From assembly GCA_947466405.1 (NCBI GenBank), contig CANICR010000001.1:5779-69778 (forward strand): a stretch of 64,000 nucleotides of DNA, in the 5' to 3' direction. The notes beneath the pieces were generated by a model. That model ran no database searches, was not told the DNA's origin, and saw nothing but the letters and a program-made list of their open reading frames with translations. The position numbers were made by a program, and so were the translations under genes. The stretch comes from Chitinophagaceae bacterium. GTDB taxonomy: Bacteria > Bacteroidota > Bacteroidia > Chitinophagales > Chitinophagaceae. Every line of letters begins with the position of its first letter. Position 1 is the first letter of the stretch. Shown piece after piece: positions 9,567 to 20,957 of this stretch.

Positions 9567-11693
9567 TTAATTGAGCATTAAAATTATTTTTTGCCCTGTT
9601 TTAAAATTTGTTCCAGGCTTTATACTTTGAGTAACCACTTTACCCTTGCCATATACAATTGTTACCAATCCTTTATTTTCAAGTAAGTAAACTGCATCTT
9701 TCAATCCCATTCCTTTTACATCAGGTGTAATATCTGGCATGGTTAAAATTTGCTGAGGACTATTTAACCCAGCAGTATTATTCCGATAATTCACATTAGC
9801 CCAGGTGTTATCTGATGAAGAGTCTAAATAGTTTATTTTAAGTTGAGATAAAATGGTATGTAAATCATTTTTAATTCCTACAAAATGAAATACAGATGTA
9901 TCTATTCTTTGATTCTTTTTAGAATTGGACGTGCATATATATCGATTATAAATTCGATCACTAATTTCTTTAAAAACAGTTCCAGCTACATCTGCTCCAT
10001 ATATCATTTTAGAATGTTTGCCATTCTGTATTACAACAGCCATTGTATATTTTGGTTTTTCAGAAGGGAAAAATCCAATAAATGAAGCCTGATAAATTTT
10101 ATTTCCTTTATTATAACCACGATTATCATCAGCAGTTACCGCTGTTCCTGTTTTACCAGCAATAGAATAAGATGAATCGAAAACTTTTCGATGTGCTGTT
10201 CCATATGAACTATCTACTACTGCAATTAGACACTTTTTAGCTTGTAATAAAGTTTCATCGCTACATATTTTTTCTACCAATACTTCAGGATTTATTTTTT
10301 TTATTTCTACCCCGTATTCTTTAATGGCGCTAACTAAATATGGTCTCATCATTTTTCCATTATTGGCAACAGCGTTATATAGCATTAACATATGCAATGG
10401 CGTTACCAACTCCTCATAGCCATGAGCCATAAAGGGGATAGTTGTTTTTTCCCAATTTTTATTGTTTGGATTTTTAATAGTAGGCTTACCAGCTGAAGCT
10501 ACAATATCAACTCCTGTCATTTTATTTAACCTGAATTTGTCGATGTGCTGCCACCATTTTATTGGCTGATCTTGATAAAACTGATATGCCAATTTCGCAA
10601 ATGCCACATTACTACTTTTGGCAAATGCATCCATAACACTTATTACTCCAGTTCCAAGATGCGAATCTTTAATTTTTAACCCATAAAAATATTTACTACC
10701 CCCCTCGCAATCGACTTTTGAATCAATTGTTACATATTTATCTTCCAACAAACTTAATAGGGTAACTAATTTAAATACAGAACCTGGCTCAGTTGCTTTA
10801 GCTATACCATAATTTAAGTCTTCTATATAAGTAGAATCAGATTGTATTCCAAGATTTGCGATGGCTTTAATCTTACCCGTACTTGTTTCCATTACTATAA
10901 CACTTCCGTGGATGGAATTATTATTTACCATCATTTTCATCAAGGAATTTTCCGCAACGTCTTGTATGTAGGTGTCTAAAGTAGTAATAATATCTTTTCC
11001 ATTTTCAGGATCAACCTCGGCCCCTTCAACAGGCATGTAGGCCCCAGCGTTATAACTCATCAATCTTTGGCCTGATGTGCCTCTCAACACACTATCATAA
11101 GATTTTTCTAACCCAACATTCTTAGAAGAATCTTCCCTAGAAAGTCCAATTGTTCTATTGGCAAGTAATACGTATGGATTTATTCGTTTATCTCTAACAT
11201 CAAAAATAAAACCACTTTTATTCTTTCCAAGTCTAACCAATGGAAAATTTCTAAGTGCCTTAAACTCTTCAAATGATATTTTTCTTTTTAAAAGATAATA
11301 TCGATTTTTATTTTTAAAAGCCACCTCTAACGCAGCCTTATACTCTTGATGGGTTTTGTCTGTGAATAAATTACTTAAACATAATCCTAACGAATCTACA
11401 TTTTCTTTAAACCTTTTCCCGTCTTTTTCTACCAAACCGTCAGCGCCAAAATCTATATATACATCAAAAACAGGGACAGAAGTGCTTAGTATATCACCAT
11501 TCTCACTATATATACTTCCCCGCTCTGCATTAGTAGGCATGTATTTTAAGTGAAGGCTATCGCCAATGCTTTTCCAATATTTACCTTCCGCAGTTTGTAT
11601 ATAAAAGGCTCTTCCTATTACTAGGGAACCGAGTATAATCATGCAGATAAAGCATAAATATACTCTCCATAATATATCCTTTTTAATTTCCAA
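9567..11693 (-). CDS. ftsI: Division transpeptidase PBP3/FtsI with C-terminal PASTA domain
   Basis: SxxK (EPGSVFK), SSN and KTG motifs; PASTA-like PDVKGMGLKDA. Confidence 0.93.
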   Translation of the reverse strand: MEIKKDILWRVYLCFICMIILGSLVIGRAFYIQTAEGKYWKSIGDSLHLKYMPTNAERGSIYSENGDILSTSVPVFDVYIDFGADGLVEKDGKRFKENVDSLGLCLSNLFTDKTHQEYKAALEVAFKNKNRYYLLKRKISFEEFKALRNFPLVRLGKNKSGFIFDVRDKRINPYVLLANRTIGLSREDSSKNVGLEKSYDSVLRGTSGQRLMSYNAGAYMPVEGAEVDPENGKDIITTLDTYIQDVAENSLMKMMVNNNSIHGSVIVMETSTGKIKAIANLGIQSDSTYIEDLNYGIAKATEPGSVFKLVTLLSLLEDKYVTIDSKVDCEGGSKYFYGLKIKDSHLGTGVISVMDAFAKSSNVAFAKLAYQFYQDQPIKWWQHIDKFRLNKMTGVDIVASAGKPTIKNPNNKNWEKTTIPFMAHGYEELVTPLHMLMLYNAVANNGKMMRPYLVSAIKEYGVEIKKINPEVLVEKICSDETLLQAKKCLIAVVDSSYGTAHRKVFDSSYSIAGKTGTAVTADDNRGYNKGNKIYQASFIGFFPSEKPKYTMAVVIQNGKHSKMIYGADVAGTVFKEISDRIYNRYICTSNSKKNQRIDTSVFHFVGIKNDLHTILSQLKINYLDSSSDNTWANVNYRNNTAGLNSPQQILTMPDITPDVKGMGLKDAVYLLENKGLVTIVYGKGKVVTQSIKPGTNFKTGQKIILMLN

Positions 11694-11725
11694 AGCTACA
11701 TTCGATATTAAACATGATTCAAAAT

Positions 11726-12076
11726 TTAATTTTTATTTATTTCAGTTCCAGTATCCCCTAGCAGCATTGGTGGAGCTTTTAGCTCCTTTAATCCAATTGG
11801 TTCTACCACTTTCAATAATTCGCTCTCTTTACTTCTGAAAATAACTTCGCTTTTTAAAGTTTTAAATTCAAATTGAAGCTCTTTCACATTTTTTTCTGAT
11901 TTTACTATTTTTCTCGTTAGATTATCTGAGTAATGTCCATTGTATATATAGCAAATTGCTAAAGTTGATAAAAAAAGTATAAAAGGAATATTCTTAACTA
12001 TCGTTGTATAATTAAAATATTTTTTAAACTCAAAATTTTCGCCGGCAATACCGTTCTTTTTCTTTTCTTTAGTCAT
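11726..12076 (-). CDS. ftsL: FtsL-like cell division protein
   Basis: 116 aa, one TM followed by a coiled coil, between rsmH and ftsI. Confidence 0.8.
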   Translation of the reverse strand: MTKEKKKNGIAGENFEFKKYFNYTTIVKNIPFILFLSTLAICYIYNGHYSDNLTRKIVKSEKNVKELQFEFKTLKSEVIFRSKESELLKVVEPIGLKELKAPPMLLGDTGTEINKN

Positions 12077-12085
12077 TGTTACACT

Positions 12086-13048
12086 CTATATTTTTTCTGC
12101 TATCCTCAATTTTGCACTTCTTGATCTCGAATTTGTTTTGATTTCCGCTTCACTTGCCTCTATTGGTTTCTTTGTAAGAATTCTAAGCACTTTTTCCGGA
12201 CGTGTTCCATATACATCATCAATTGTCACTTCTTCTGTCGATTCATTTTTAAAAAAATTCTTCACAATCCTATCTTCCAATGAGTGAAATGTTATTATAG
12301 CGATTCGTCCTCCGCTACTTAGTAATTCTATCGATTGCTCTAACATTTCTTTCAATGCACCCAATTCATCATTTACATCTATTCGTAAAGCTTGAAAAAC
12401 CTGTGCGAAATATTTATTTGGATTACCTTTTACGTCCGATTCAACAGCTTTTTTAAATTGTCGTATTGTAGAAATTGGTGAAATACCTCTTTGTAAAACA
12501 ATCTTTTTTGCCAATGTCTTAGCATTAGTAACTTCACCATATTTTTCAAATAGCTTATGTAATTGTTGTTCAGAATAGGTTTCAATGATTTTAGCTGCAG
12601 TTAGTGATTGTCTCAAATCCATTCTCATATCCAAACCAGCTTCAAACCTTAATGAAAAACCTCTACCTGGCTCATCAAACTGGTGACTGGAAACACCTAA
12701 ATCTGCAAGAATACCATCTACTTTCACACATTTGTTTACCCTTAAAAACTTCTGCAGGTGCCTGAAATTTTGTTGAATAAAAACCACCCTGCTATCGTTT
12801 GGTAGATTTCTCTTTGCAGATTCATCTTGATCAAAGACAAATAACTTACCATTTTCATCAAGCCTTTTTAATACTTCTTTGCTATGACCTCCTCCTCCAA
12901 ATGTGCAATCAACATATACGCCGTCTGATTTTATATTCAATGCTTGTATACTTTCTTGCAATAAAACAGGAATATGATAAGGTTGATTAGCTTCTTCTCT
13001 GGTAATGTTGTCTGTACTATTATTATTTACGTTCAACATACTTATCAA
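12086..13048 (-). CDS. rsmH: 16S rRNA m4C1402 methyltransferase
   Basis: HIPVLL, DCTFGGGGHS, DLGVSSHQFD, FHSLEDR and RSRSAKLR motifs. Confidence 0.97.
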   Translation of the reverse strand: MISMLNVNNNSTDNITREEANQPYHIPVLLQESIQALNIKSDGVYVDCTFGGGGHSKEVLKRLDENGKLFVFDQDESAKRNLPNDSRVVFIQQNFRHLQKFLRVNKCVKVDGILADLGVSSHQFDEPGRGFSLRFEAGLDMRMDLRQSLTAAKIIETYSEQQLHKLFEKYGEVTNAKTLAKKIVLQRGISPISTIRQFKKAVESDVKGNPNKYFAQVFQALRIDVNDELGALKEMLEQSIELLSSGGRIAIITFHSLEDRIVKNFFKNESTEEVTIDDVYGTRPEKVLRILTKKPIEASEAEIKTNSRSRSAKLRIAEKI

Positions 13049-13512
13049 GGATTCTGCTTGTCAATTTTTTTATTCATTACTTCATTGGCCAGATTACTAA
13101 AAGCTTCTGGCGTTATTGCGTCAAAGAACTGTTGATATTTTATTTTATCCCAAATCTCAATCTTATTTACAGCCGAAGCTAAAATGATATCTTTATCTAA
13201 TCCGGCGTATTCCATTAAACTCTTAGGTAACAAAATCCTTCCAGCAGAATCAAGCTCAATCTGAGTAGCTCCATTTAAAAAATAACGCCTGAACTCTCTA
13301 ACTTTGGGGTCGAAATCATTAAGTTGACTTATTTGTTCAAATAATGGATTCCAAATTTGGACTGGATATAGGGTAAGGCATTTTTCAAAACCACGGTTAA
13401 TCACAAAAAAAGCCTTATCCATTTCTGGAAGCTGTTTTTTGAAACCTGACGGAAGAAGAAATCTCCCTTTGGTATCGACAGTAGATTCATATTCGCCTAT
13501 GAAACCTATCAT
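13045..13512 (-). CDS. mraZ: Transcriptional regulator MraZ
   Basis: Two SpoVT/AbrB repeats (DTKGRFLLP; DSAGRILLP); first gene of the dcw cluster. Confidence 0.96.
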   Translation of the reverse strand: MIGFIGEYESTVDTKGRFLLPSGFKKQLPEMDKAFFVINRGFEKCLTLYPVQIWNPLFEQISQLNDFDPKVREFRRYFLNGATQIELDSAGRILLPKSLMEYAGLDKDIILASAVNKIEIWDKIKYQQFFDAITPEAFSNLANEVMNKKIDKQNP

Positions 13513-13540
13513 GCTTGTGATTTTGTTTGGTTAATTAAAT

Positions 13541-13580
13541 AATCAACACAAATTAACACAATTTCCCACTTTATAACACT
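13541..13580 (-). promoter_or_regulatory. Four MraZ-type GTG boxes at 10-bp period
   Basis: Minus strand reads AGTGTTATAA AGTGGGAAAT TGTGTTAATT TGTGTTGATT, 28 bp upstream of the mraZ ATG; matches the known 10-bp-periodic MraZ operators. Confidence 0.8.
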
Positions 13581-13597
13581 TATTTAATAAAAGATAT

Positions 13598-13707
13598 TTA
13601 TCCACAAATGGATACAGCTTATTCTCAGTGATTATCAAGCGAAAATATCCGAATTTTGAAATAACGAATGTGGATTAGTGTGGATAATTCCAACTAATCG
13701 TGGATAA
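13598..13707. promoter_or_regulatory. DnaA-box cluster
   Basis: TTATCCACA 13598-13606 (perfect), TGTGGATTA 13669-13677, TGTGGATAA 13679-13687 (perfect), CGTGGATAA 13699-13707. Confidence 0.8.
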
Positions 13708-13714
13708 CCCTCAA

Positions 13715-15040
13715 TTATTTGGCCAGAGGGATCGTAATTTTAAATATAGAACCTGCAGCTAGACTGCTTTCTGCCTTAATATTGCCTTTATGTGCCTCAA
13801 TAATAGTTTTAACATAGTTTAATCCTAGTCCGAACCCTTTAACATCATGAATATTGCCTGTATGTGCCCTATAGAATTTTTCAAATATCCTTTTCAATGT
13901 TTCTTTACTCATTCCAATGCCATTGTCTTTTATTTTTATTACCAACTTCTTTCCAATAGTTTCAGTAGTAATGGAAATTAGTAATCCCGATTCCTTTGAA
14001 TACTTTATAGCATTATCCAATAAATTACTTACAACATTGGTAAAATGAAGTTCGTCGGCCAAAATAACATCTGATGTTGCAGTGAAATGCGTTTCAATCT
14101 TTCCGTTATTTTCTTGTAATGGTAAAATAAGATTATTGATGGCGTTTTCAATCAATGCATGAGCAGAAACTAACTTATTTGATAATTGAACCTCTTTTCT
14201 ATCAAGAAGCGCTGCTTGAAGAATGGTTTCAACTTGTAAATTCATGCGCTTGTTTTCCTCTTTGATAATGCCAATAAAATATGTTGACTTTGACCTATCC
14301 ATAATCACTTTTTCATTTTTCATTGCATCTACTGCCAAAGAAATAGTGGCTAACGGAGTTTTGAACTCATGAGTCATATTATTGATAAAATCGGATTTTA
14401 TTTCACTTAATTTCTTTTGCTTCAACAATGCCCGGATTGTTAAGAAAAAAGCCGTGGTAATGATTATTGTAAATATGATAGACCAAATAATAAACCAGGC
14501 AATCTCCTTAAAAACTATGGCCCCTTGATTCGGTACTATTACAACTAAGAATTCTTCCTTTGTTAGATTTTCATACGCGCTTCCCGCTGAAGGTATTAAT
14601 GGAATTGCCACATTTGTGTTATGCAATGAATCAATAAAATATTTAAAAAACTGATCACTTTGAATTTGATCACCTGTAATGCTATTATCAGATACGGCAA
14701 ACTCAAAAGACACTCCATCTAATAGTCTTTTATCAAAGGTCTTTCTTATGATAGCATTTATCTCTTCTTTAGTGAATCTTTGAATAACAGAAGGCCTAAT
14801 TATTTCCATCTTTATCTTTTCATTTGGGAAAATCAAATTAGCATTTTTGTTTTCCGACAAAAAATCGGACTTATTTTCCATTAATTTTTCAGCAGCTTCT
14901 GATGTGGCTAGAAAGATATTTTCCCTTAATTGTTTCTCTTTAGTTTTTTTGGCTGTAGTTAACCATAGAAATTGAAAATAAATTAACCCGAAAAGTGAAA
15001 GACTAATTAATATGGCAATGGCAGGAAATACCCTCTTCAT
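13715..15040 (-). CDS. Membrane sensor histidine kinase, RprX-like
   Basis: Two TMs, H-box FINNMTHEFKTPL, N-box NLLDNAIKYS, DNGIG and GFGLGL; no adjacent regulator. Confidence 0.92.
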   Translation of the reverse strand: MKRVFPAIAILISLSLFGLIYFQFLWLTTAKKTKEKQLRENIFLATSEAAEKLMENKSDFLSENKNANLIFPNEKIKMEIIRPSVIQRFTKEEINAIIRKTFDKRLLDGVSFEFAVSDNSITGDQIQSDQFFKYFIDSLHNTNVAIPLIPSAGSAYENLTKEEFLVVIVPNQGAIVFKEIAWFIIWSIIFTIIITTAFFLTIRALLKQKKLSEIKSDFINNMTHEFKTPLATISLAVDAMKNEKVIMDRSKSTYFIGIIKEENKRMNLQVETILQAALLDRKEVQLSNKLVSAHALIENAINNLILPLQENNGKIETHFTATSDVILADELHFTNVVSNLLDNAIKYSKESGLLISITTETIGKKLVIKIKDNGIGMSKETLKRIFEKFYRAHTGNIHDVKGFGLGLNYVKTIIEAHKGNIKAESSLAAGSIFKITIPLAK

Positions 15041-15134
15041 AATGTATATTTAATTTGCAAAAATAACTTACAATCTGCTTTACCTAAGATATAATTAATT
15101 TATACGCAAAACTTTAACTTTTTAAAATAAAAAA

Positions 15135-15734
15135 GTGTTGCTTACTTTTACTTCTTTAATCAATAATTGCTATTTTACAAAAATGATAAAGCCGAAAAAA
15201 AATACATTTCTAATTGCCGACCCTTTCCTTAAAGATCAACATTTTATACGATCGGTAATTTATCTCTGTAGTCATACCGCTGAAGGAAGCATTGGATTCT
15301 CTTTACACAAAGAATTCGATCGTCCATTAAGCCATTTGATAATTGGTCTTGAGGATTTCGAAATTCCAGTTTACGTTGGCGGACCTGTTGAAACCAACAC
15401 TATTCATTTTTTACACCAATTCCCCGATCTAATTCCCAACAGCAATATTTTGTCAAAAGAAATTTGCTGGGGAGGCGACTTCAATGTTGTAAAAAAATTA
15501 ATAACAGAAAACAAACTCGACCTTCAAAAAATAAAATTTTTTATAGGCTACAGCGGGTGGGGTAATGGTCAATTAGAAGACGAACTCAATGAAAAGAGTT
15601 GGCTAACTTGCGAAGCTAATAAGGAAATAATATTTGAACTGCCTCCAAATGACATATGGAAAGAAAGCGTGAAATTGCTTGGCCCATCATTTAAGGAAAT
15701 ACTCAATTACCCAATAGACCCTCAGCTTAATTAA
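15135..15734 (+). CDS. YqgE/AlgH family protein
   Basis: LIADPFL, GGPV, FFIGYSGWGNGQLEDE and YPIDPQLN motifs; ATG at 15183 is the more likely start. Confidence 0.9.
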   Translation: MLLTFTSLINNCYFTKMIKPKKNTFLIADPFLKDQHFIRSVIYLCSHTAEGSIGFSLHKEFDRPLSHLIIGLEDFEIPVYVGGPVETNTIHFLHQFPDLIPNSNILSKEICWGGDFNVVKKLITENKLDLQKIKFFIGYSGWGNGQLEDELNEKSWLTCEANKEIIFELPPNDIWKESVKLLGPSFKEILNYPIDPQLN

Positions 15735-15755
15735 CTATTTAAACAATTATTCAAC

Positions 15756-16715
15756 TTGCTATTCAATATTTTAAAATTTCCTGCCAGAATTGCTATTAAA
15801 ATTTATTGCAGAAACATAAAAATTAATGATAAAAAAACACTTGCCTCAAAAGGCCCATTACTAATCGCGTGCAATCACCCCAATTCATTTTTAGATGCTG
15901 TAATATTAGCTACTCTTTTTAAAAAACCCGTTTATTCTCTGGCAAGAGGTGATACTTTTAAAAATAAATACGTAAGCAAATTACTTCATTCATTGAATAT
16001 TTTTCCAGTATACAGAATTAGTGAAGGAGTCGAAAATCTAAATAACAACTACGATACTTTTTCAAAATGTAGAGATATTTTTAAGCAAAATGGAATTGTT
16101 TTAATCTTTAGCGAAGGCCTTTGCATTAACGAATGGAAATTAAGATCCCTAAAGAAAGGCACAGCCCGATTGGCTTTTAGCAGCTGGGAAGATAAAATTA
16201 ATTTAACGGTATTGCCAACTGGCATCAATTATCATTCTTTTTCCTCCTTTGGAAAAAATGTACAAATTAATTTTGGAAATACGTTTAATTGGGATGATTT
16301 AGATAGGAAAAATATGGACGGACATACTGTAAACAAATTCAATGATACACTTAAAAGCAATTTAATACAACTAGTAAATCATATCGACTCGGAGGATTCA
16401 GATAAAATAAAAGATACTTTTTTTGTGCAGCATCCAATTTTATTTAAGATATTGCTATTTTTTCCAGCATTAATCGGAAAATATTTCCATGGAATACTTT
16501 ATGTTCCAATTCAAAAATTTGCATGGAAAAAAGCAGGGAAAAGCGATCATTATGACTCAGTACTAGTAGGGCTTTTGTTTATTCTATACCCTATATTTTT
16601 ATCGATTATCGCGTTATTTATTTATTTTATTTTTGGAGGATATTATTGGCTATTAACTTTCATTACAATCCCTTTTCTTGCTTGGGCATTTGTACAAACT
16701 AAAAAGCAATTTTAA
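15756..16715 (+). CDS. PlsC-like glycerolipid acyltransferase
   Basis: NHPNSFLD (HX4D), IFSEG and KKGTARL motifs; C-terminal TMs. Confidence 0.88.
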   Translation: MLFNILKFPARIAIKIYCRNIKINDKKTLASKGPLLIACNHPNSFLDAVILATLFKKPVYSLARGDTFKNKYVSKLLHSLNIFPVYRISEGVENLNNNYDTFSKCRDIFKQNGIVLIFSEGLCINEWKLRSLKKGTARLAFSSWEDKINLTVLPTGINYHSFSSFGKNVQINFGNTFNWDDLDRKNMDGHTVNKFNDTLKSNLIQLVNHIDSEDSDKIKDTFFVQHPILFKILLFFPALIGKYFHGILYVPIQKFAWKKAGKSDHYDSVLVGLLFILYPIFLSIIALFIYFIFGGYYWLLTFITIPFLAWAFVQTKKQF

Positions 16716-16723
16716 ACGAATAT

Positions 16724-17290
16724 TTATTTATATCTCATTCCGATAGAAACGCCAATTCTTAAATATCCGCCAGCATCTGAATCTTCTCCAAACCTTCTTC
16801 CGCCACCAGCAAATACTTCTCCAATTATGCCATTTTTAGCAACAAGTTTCACTCCAATAGCTGCTCCAAAACCTATATTTGTTGTTGTGTAATAATTAGG
16901 CCCCGTTTCTAAAAGATAGTAGGATGCGGTATCTCTTTTTCTACCAATAATAGCGGCATTTGCTTCAAAGAAAAAACCAGAGGCGCTCTTTTCTCCAAAA
17001 TAAATTCTGGAATAAGGCAAAATACAATACCGTTGATTCTCATCAGCAGGACTTAATAATGTAAAAGAAGCAGCTAATCCAGCTCCCATATTATCAGTAA
17101 AATATCTTTCATAATTTATTTCAGGCACTCCATATATTGATGATGCAATGTTTAATCTAGTTTCATTCGGCATTAACTTTACATTTGAATTGCTTTTTGT
17201 AGAATTTTGTTTTTTGTTTGAGTATTTCGACTGAGCCATTGAGGAAAAACTTACTGAAACTATTATTAAGCAACATAATATTTTATTCAT
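16724..17290 (-). CDS. Exported protein, probable small outer-membrane beta-barrel (DUF3575-like)
   Basis: Signal peptide, alternating beta-strands, terminal strand LRIGVSIGMRY. Confidence 0.6.
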   Translation of the reverse strand: MNKILCCLIIVSVSFSSMAQSKYSNKKQNSTKSNSNVKLMPNETRLNIASSIYGVPEINYERYFTDNMGAGLAASFTLLSPADENQRYCILPYSRIYFGEKSASGFFFEANAAIIGRKRDTASYYLLETGPNYYTTTNIGFGAAIGVKLVAKNGIIGEVFAGGGRRFGEDSDAGGYLRIGVSIGMRYK

Positions 17291-17391
17291 CTTTAAATTT
17301 TTTAATGGTTAAATGTTGTACAAATTATATAAAAAAATCGAAAAGCATTGACTTTAATATGATATAATTTTTATCAGGAGAATTATACAAT

Positions 17392-17417
17392 AAAAAAATC
17401 CCGCATGAAACGGGATT
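17392..17417 (-). terminator. Intrinsic terminator after atpC
   Basis: AATCCCG-7nt-CGGGATT stem followed by a T run on the minus strand. Confidence 0.8.
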
Positions 17418-17439
17418 GATTTTTTTATTTTTTTTGATG

Positions 17440-17691
17440 TTATTTCTCAATTGCACCTTCCACCAAGACGGTAGCACTATTGTTTAATACTTCTACAAAT
17501 CCACTTTGAATAGTGTATGAAGCAGTACTATTTTTATCTTTTAGTATTTTTAAAGAGCCAGCTTTCAACGCACTAACCAATGGAGCATGCTTGTCCAACA
17601 CTTCAAATAACCCGGCAATCCCTGGCAATTGAACCCCATAGACATCGCCGCTGAAAATTTTTTGCTCCGGTGTTAATATTTCTAATTTCAT
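17440..17691 (-). CDS. atpC: ATP synthase epsilon subunit (short form)
   Basis: MKLEILTPE...G.F.VL..HAPLVS.L..G; lacks the C-terminal helical hairpin. Confidence 0.93.
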   Translation of the reverse strand: MKLEILTPEQKIFSGDVYGVQLPGIAGLFEVLDKHAPLVSALKAGSLKILKDKNSTASYTIQSGFVEVLNNSATVLVEGAIEK

Positions 17692-17773
17692 ATGCGCTGA
17701 TTAATGATTATAAAACGTCAAATTTTAAGAACTCAAAAAAAGAAACTCATAAAATCTAACACATTGATCCTGC

Positions 17774-19288
<1,515 letters not shown>

Positions 19289-19316
19289 TTAGAATATGAT
19301 GTATGTATTTTGGGCG

Positions 19317-19324
19317 CAAAGGTA
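19317..19324 (-). promoter_or_regulatory. Bacteroidota -7 promoter element for atpD
   Basis: TACCTTTG, an exact TAnnTTTG match upstream of atpD. Confidence 0.75.
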
Positions 19325-19392
19325 AGGAATGAGTGCTGGAAATAAAAATCAAAAGGACTTTTTTTTAAACAAAAAAGACGTTTGACTATAAT

Positions 19393-20277
19393 TTATTTTT
19401 TATCCGTTTTTATATTCGTGTAATAGACCCCGATTAATATGATAAACAGACTAAAAACCTGCAACCATCCTATTTTTTCACGATATACTATGCCCCAGAT
19501 AATCGCAACAAACGGAATGCCATAGGTTACCATTGATGAAAAAACGGCGCCGGCCGACTTTAATAACTTATAAAAAAGGATATTCGCTATCGATGTGCCA
19601 AATATTCCCAATATAGCAGAATACCCCGAAGAAACAAGAACAGCATGACTACTCAAATCAAGTGAAAAATAACCTGAAAAATAAAGCACTATACCAGCTG
19701 GAATTGCAATTAATTGCATCGCTATAGCCACTATTTGCAAAGAAGGAATTTCTTTGAGATATCGTACCACTACATTGACATTTAACCCGTAAAAAAAAGT
19801 AGCCAGCACTACAAAAAGAACATAATTGTAATTATAATATTCACCCAAATCAGATTGACTTATAAATAAAATAATACTTCCAGCAAACGCAATTAAAATA
19901 CCTATAACTTTTTGTATCGACGTTTTTCTCCGAAAAAATAAAACCCCCGTTATAATTACAAAAATGGGTGTCAACGAATTTAATGCTCCTGCCAAAGAGC
20001 TGTCAATTTTTTGCTCAGCTATACAAAACAAATATGCAGGCATTAAACTCCCCAATACGCCAGAAAAAAATATAAGATGTAGTTTTCTCAAAGGTATTTG
20101 CCTAAATCCTTTTATAGCTATAGGTAGTAAAAACAAGCCCGAACATACTATCCTCACCGATGCCACCTGAAAAGCAGTTAAGCTCTCCAACCCTTCTTTC
20201 ATTAATATAAAACTACTGCCCCAAATAAAGGAAAGCGTAATAAATAATGTCCATTTTTGAATATTATTGTTCAACAT
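19393..20277 (-). CDS. DMT/EamA family transporter
   Basis: About 10 TMs, two EamA repeats (FIWGSSF; LNSLTPIF). Confidence 0.9.
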   Translation of the reverse strand: MLNNNIQKWTLFITLSFIWGSSFILMKEGLESLTAFQVASVRIVCSGLFLLPIAIKGFRQIPLRKLHLIFFSGVLGSLMPAYLFCIAEQKIDSSLAGALNSLTPIFVIITGVLFFRRKTSIQKVIGILIAFAGSIILFISQSDLGEYYNYNYVLFVVLATFFYGLNVNVVVRYLKEIPSLQIVAIAMQLIAIPAGIVLYFSGYFSLDLSSHAVLVSSGYSAILGIFGTSIANILFYKLLKSAGAVFSSMVTYGIPFVAIIWGIVYREKIGWLQVFSLFIILIGVYYTNIKTDKK

Positions 20278-20401
20278 GTTTGTAAAATATTAAACAAATA
20301 TGAGTATTTTGAAATGAATTAACCCGATTATTTTCCATTCGTGCAATTGAAAAGCTTTTAATATTAAAATTATTTCGCCATTTTTAAACACCTAAACGAT
20401 T

Positions 20402-20776
20402 ATGACTTTCATTAAAGAATTCAAGCGCTTTTTAGCTCAAGGAAATGTAATTAATTTAGCCGTTGCCGTTATCATAGGCGCCGCTTTTGGTTCTATTGTA
20501 TCTTCACTAGTAGATGATATCATTACTCCTTTATTACTTACGCCAGCTTTGCACGCCGCTAATGTTAATGAAATCGCCAGCCTATCATGGGGTGCAGTTA
20601 AGTATGGAAGCTTTTTGTCTGCTGTCATTAAGTTTGTTATTATTTCTATTATTCTTTTTGCATTAATTAAAACAATGAAAACATTCTTAAAAAACGAACC
20701 GGAAACAACTGCTGAACTTTCTATATCCGAAAAGGCATTGATTGAAATACGTGATTTGCTGAAAAGCAAAAACTAA
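20402..20776 (+). CDS. mscL: Large-conductance mechanosensitive channel
   Basis: FIKEFKRFLAQGNVINLAVAVIIGAAF and EIRDLL motifs. Confidence 0.96.
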   Translation: MTFIKEFKRFLAQGNVINLAVAVIIGAAFGSIVSSLVDDIITPLLLTPALHAANVNEIASLSWGAVKYGSFLSAVIKFVIISIILFALIKTMKTFLKNEPETTAELSISEKALIEIRDLLKSKN

Positions 20777-20917
20777 GCTCGTGCATGTAGTCAAAAAAAC
20801 ACCATGATTTTGCCTTTCCGTGATTTCGGCTATTCCGTTATTTTTTCTGATGGGATTTTCTGTATACAATCTACTATTTTCGTGGATAATTTTATTAAAA
20901 AAGAACTGCCAAATATT

Positions 20918-20925
20918 TACCTTTG
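20918..20925 (+). promoter_or_regulatory. -7 promoter element for scpA
   Basis: TACCTTTG, 32 nt before the TTG at 20958. Confidence 0.7.
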
Positions 20926-20957
20926 ACTTTACTATTTTAATTTTTAAAAAAAACACA

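Noticed and set aside
50-13512. dcw cluster lacks murF and ddl
   Set aside because: This is the usual Bacteroidota arrangement; ftsA and ftsZ would fall just outside the left edge
13598-13707. DnaA boxes as oriC
   Set aside because: Spot checks of third-codon G/C bias show the same polarity on both sides and no DNA-unwinding element is obvious; a full skew plot is needed to exclude it
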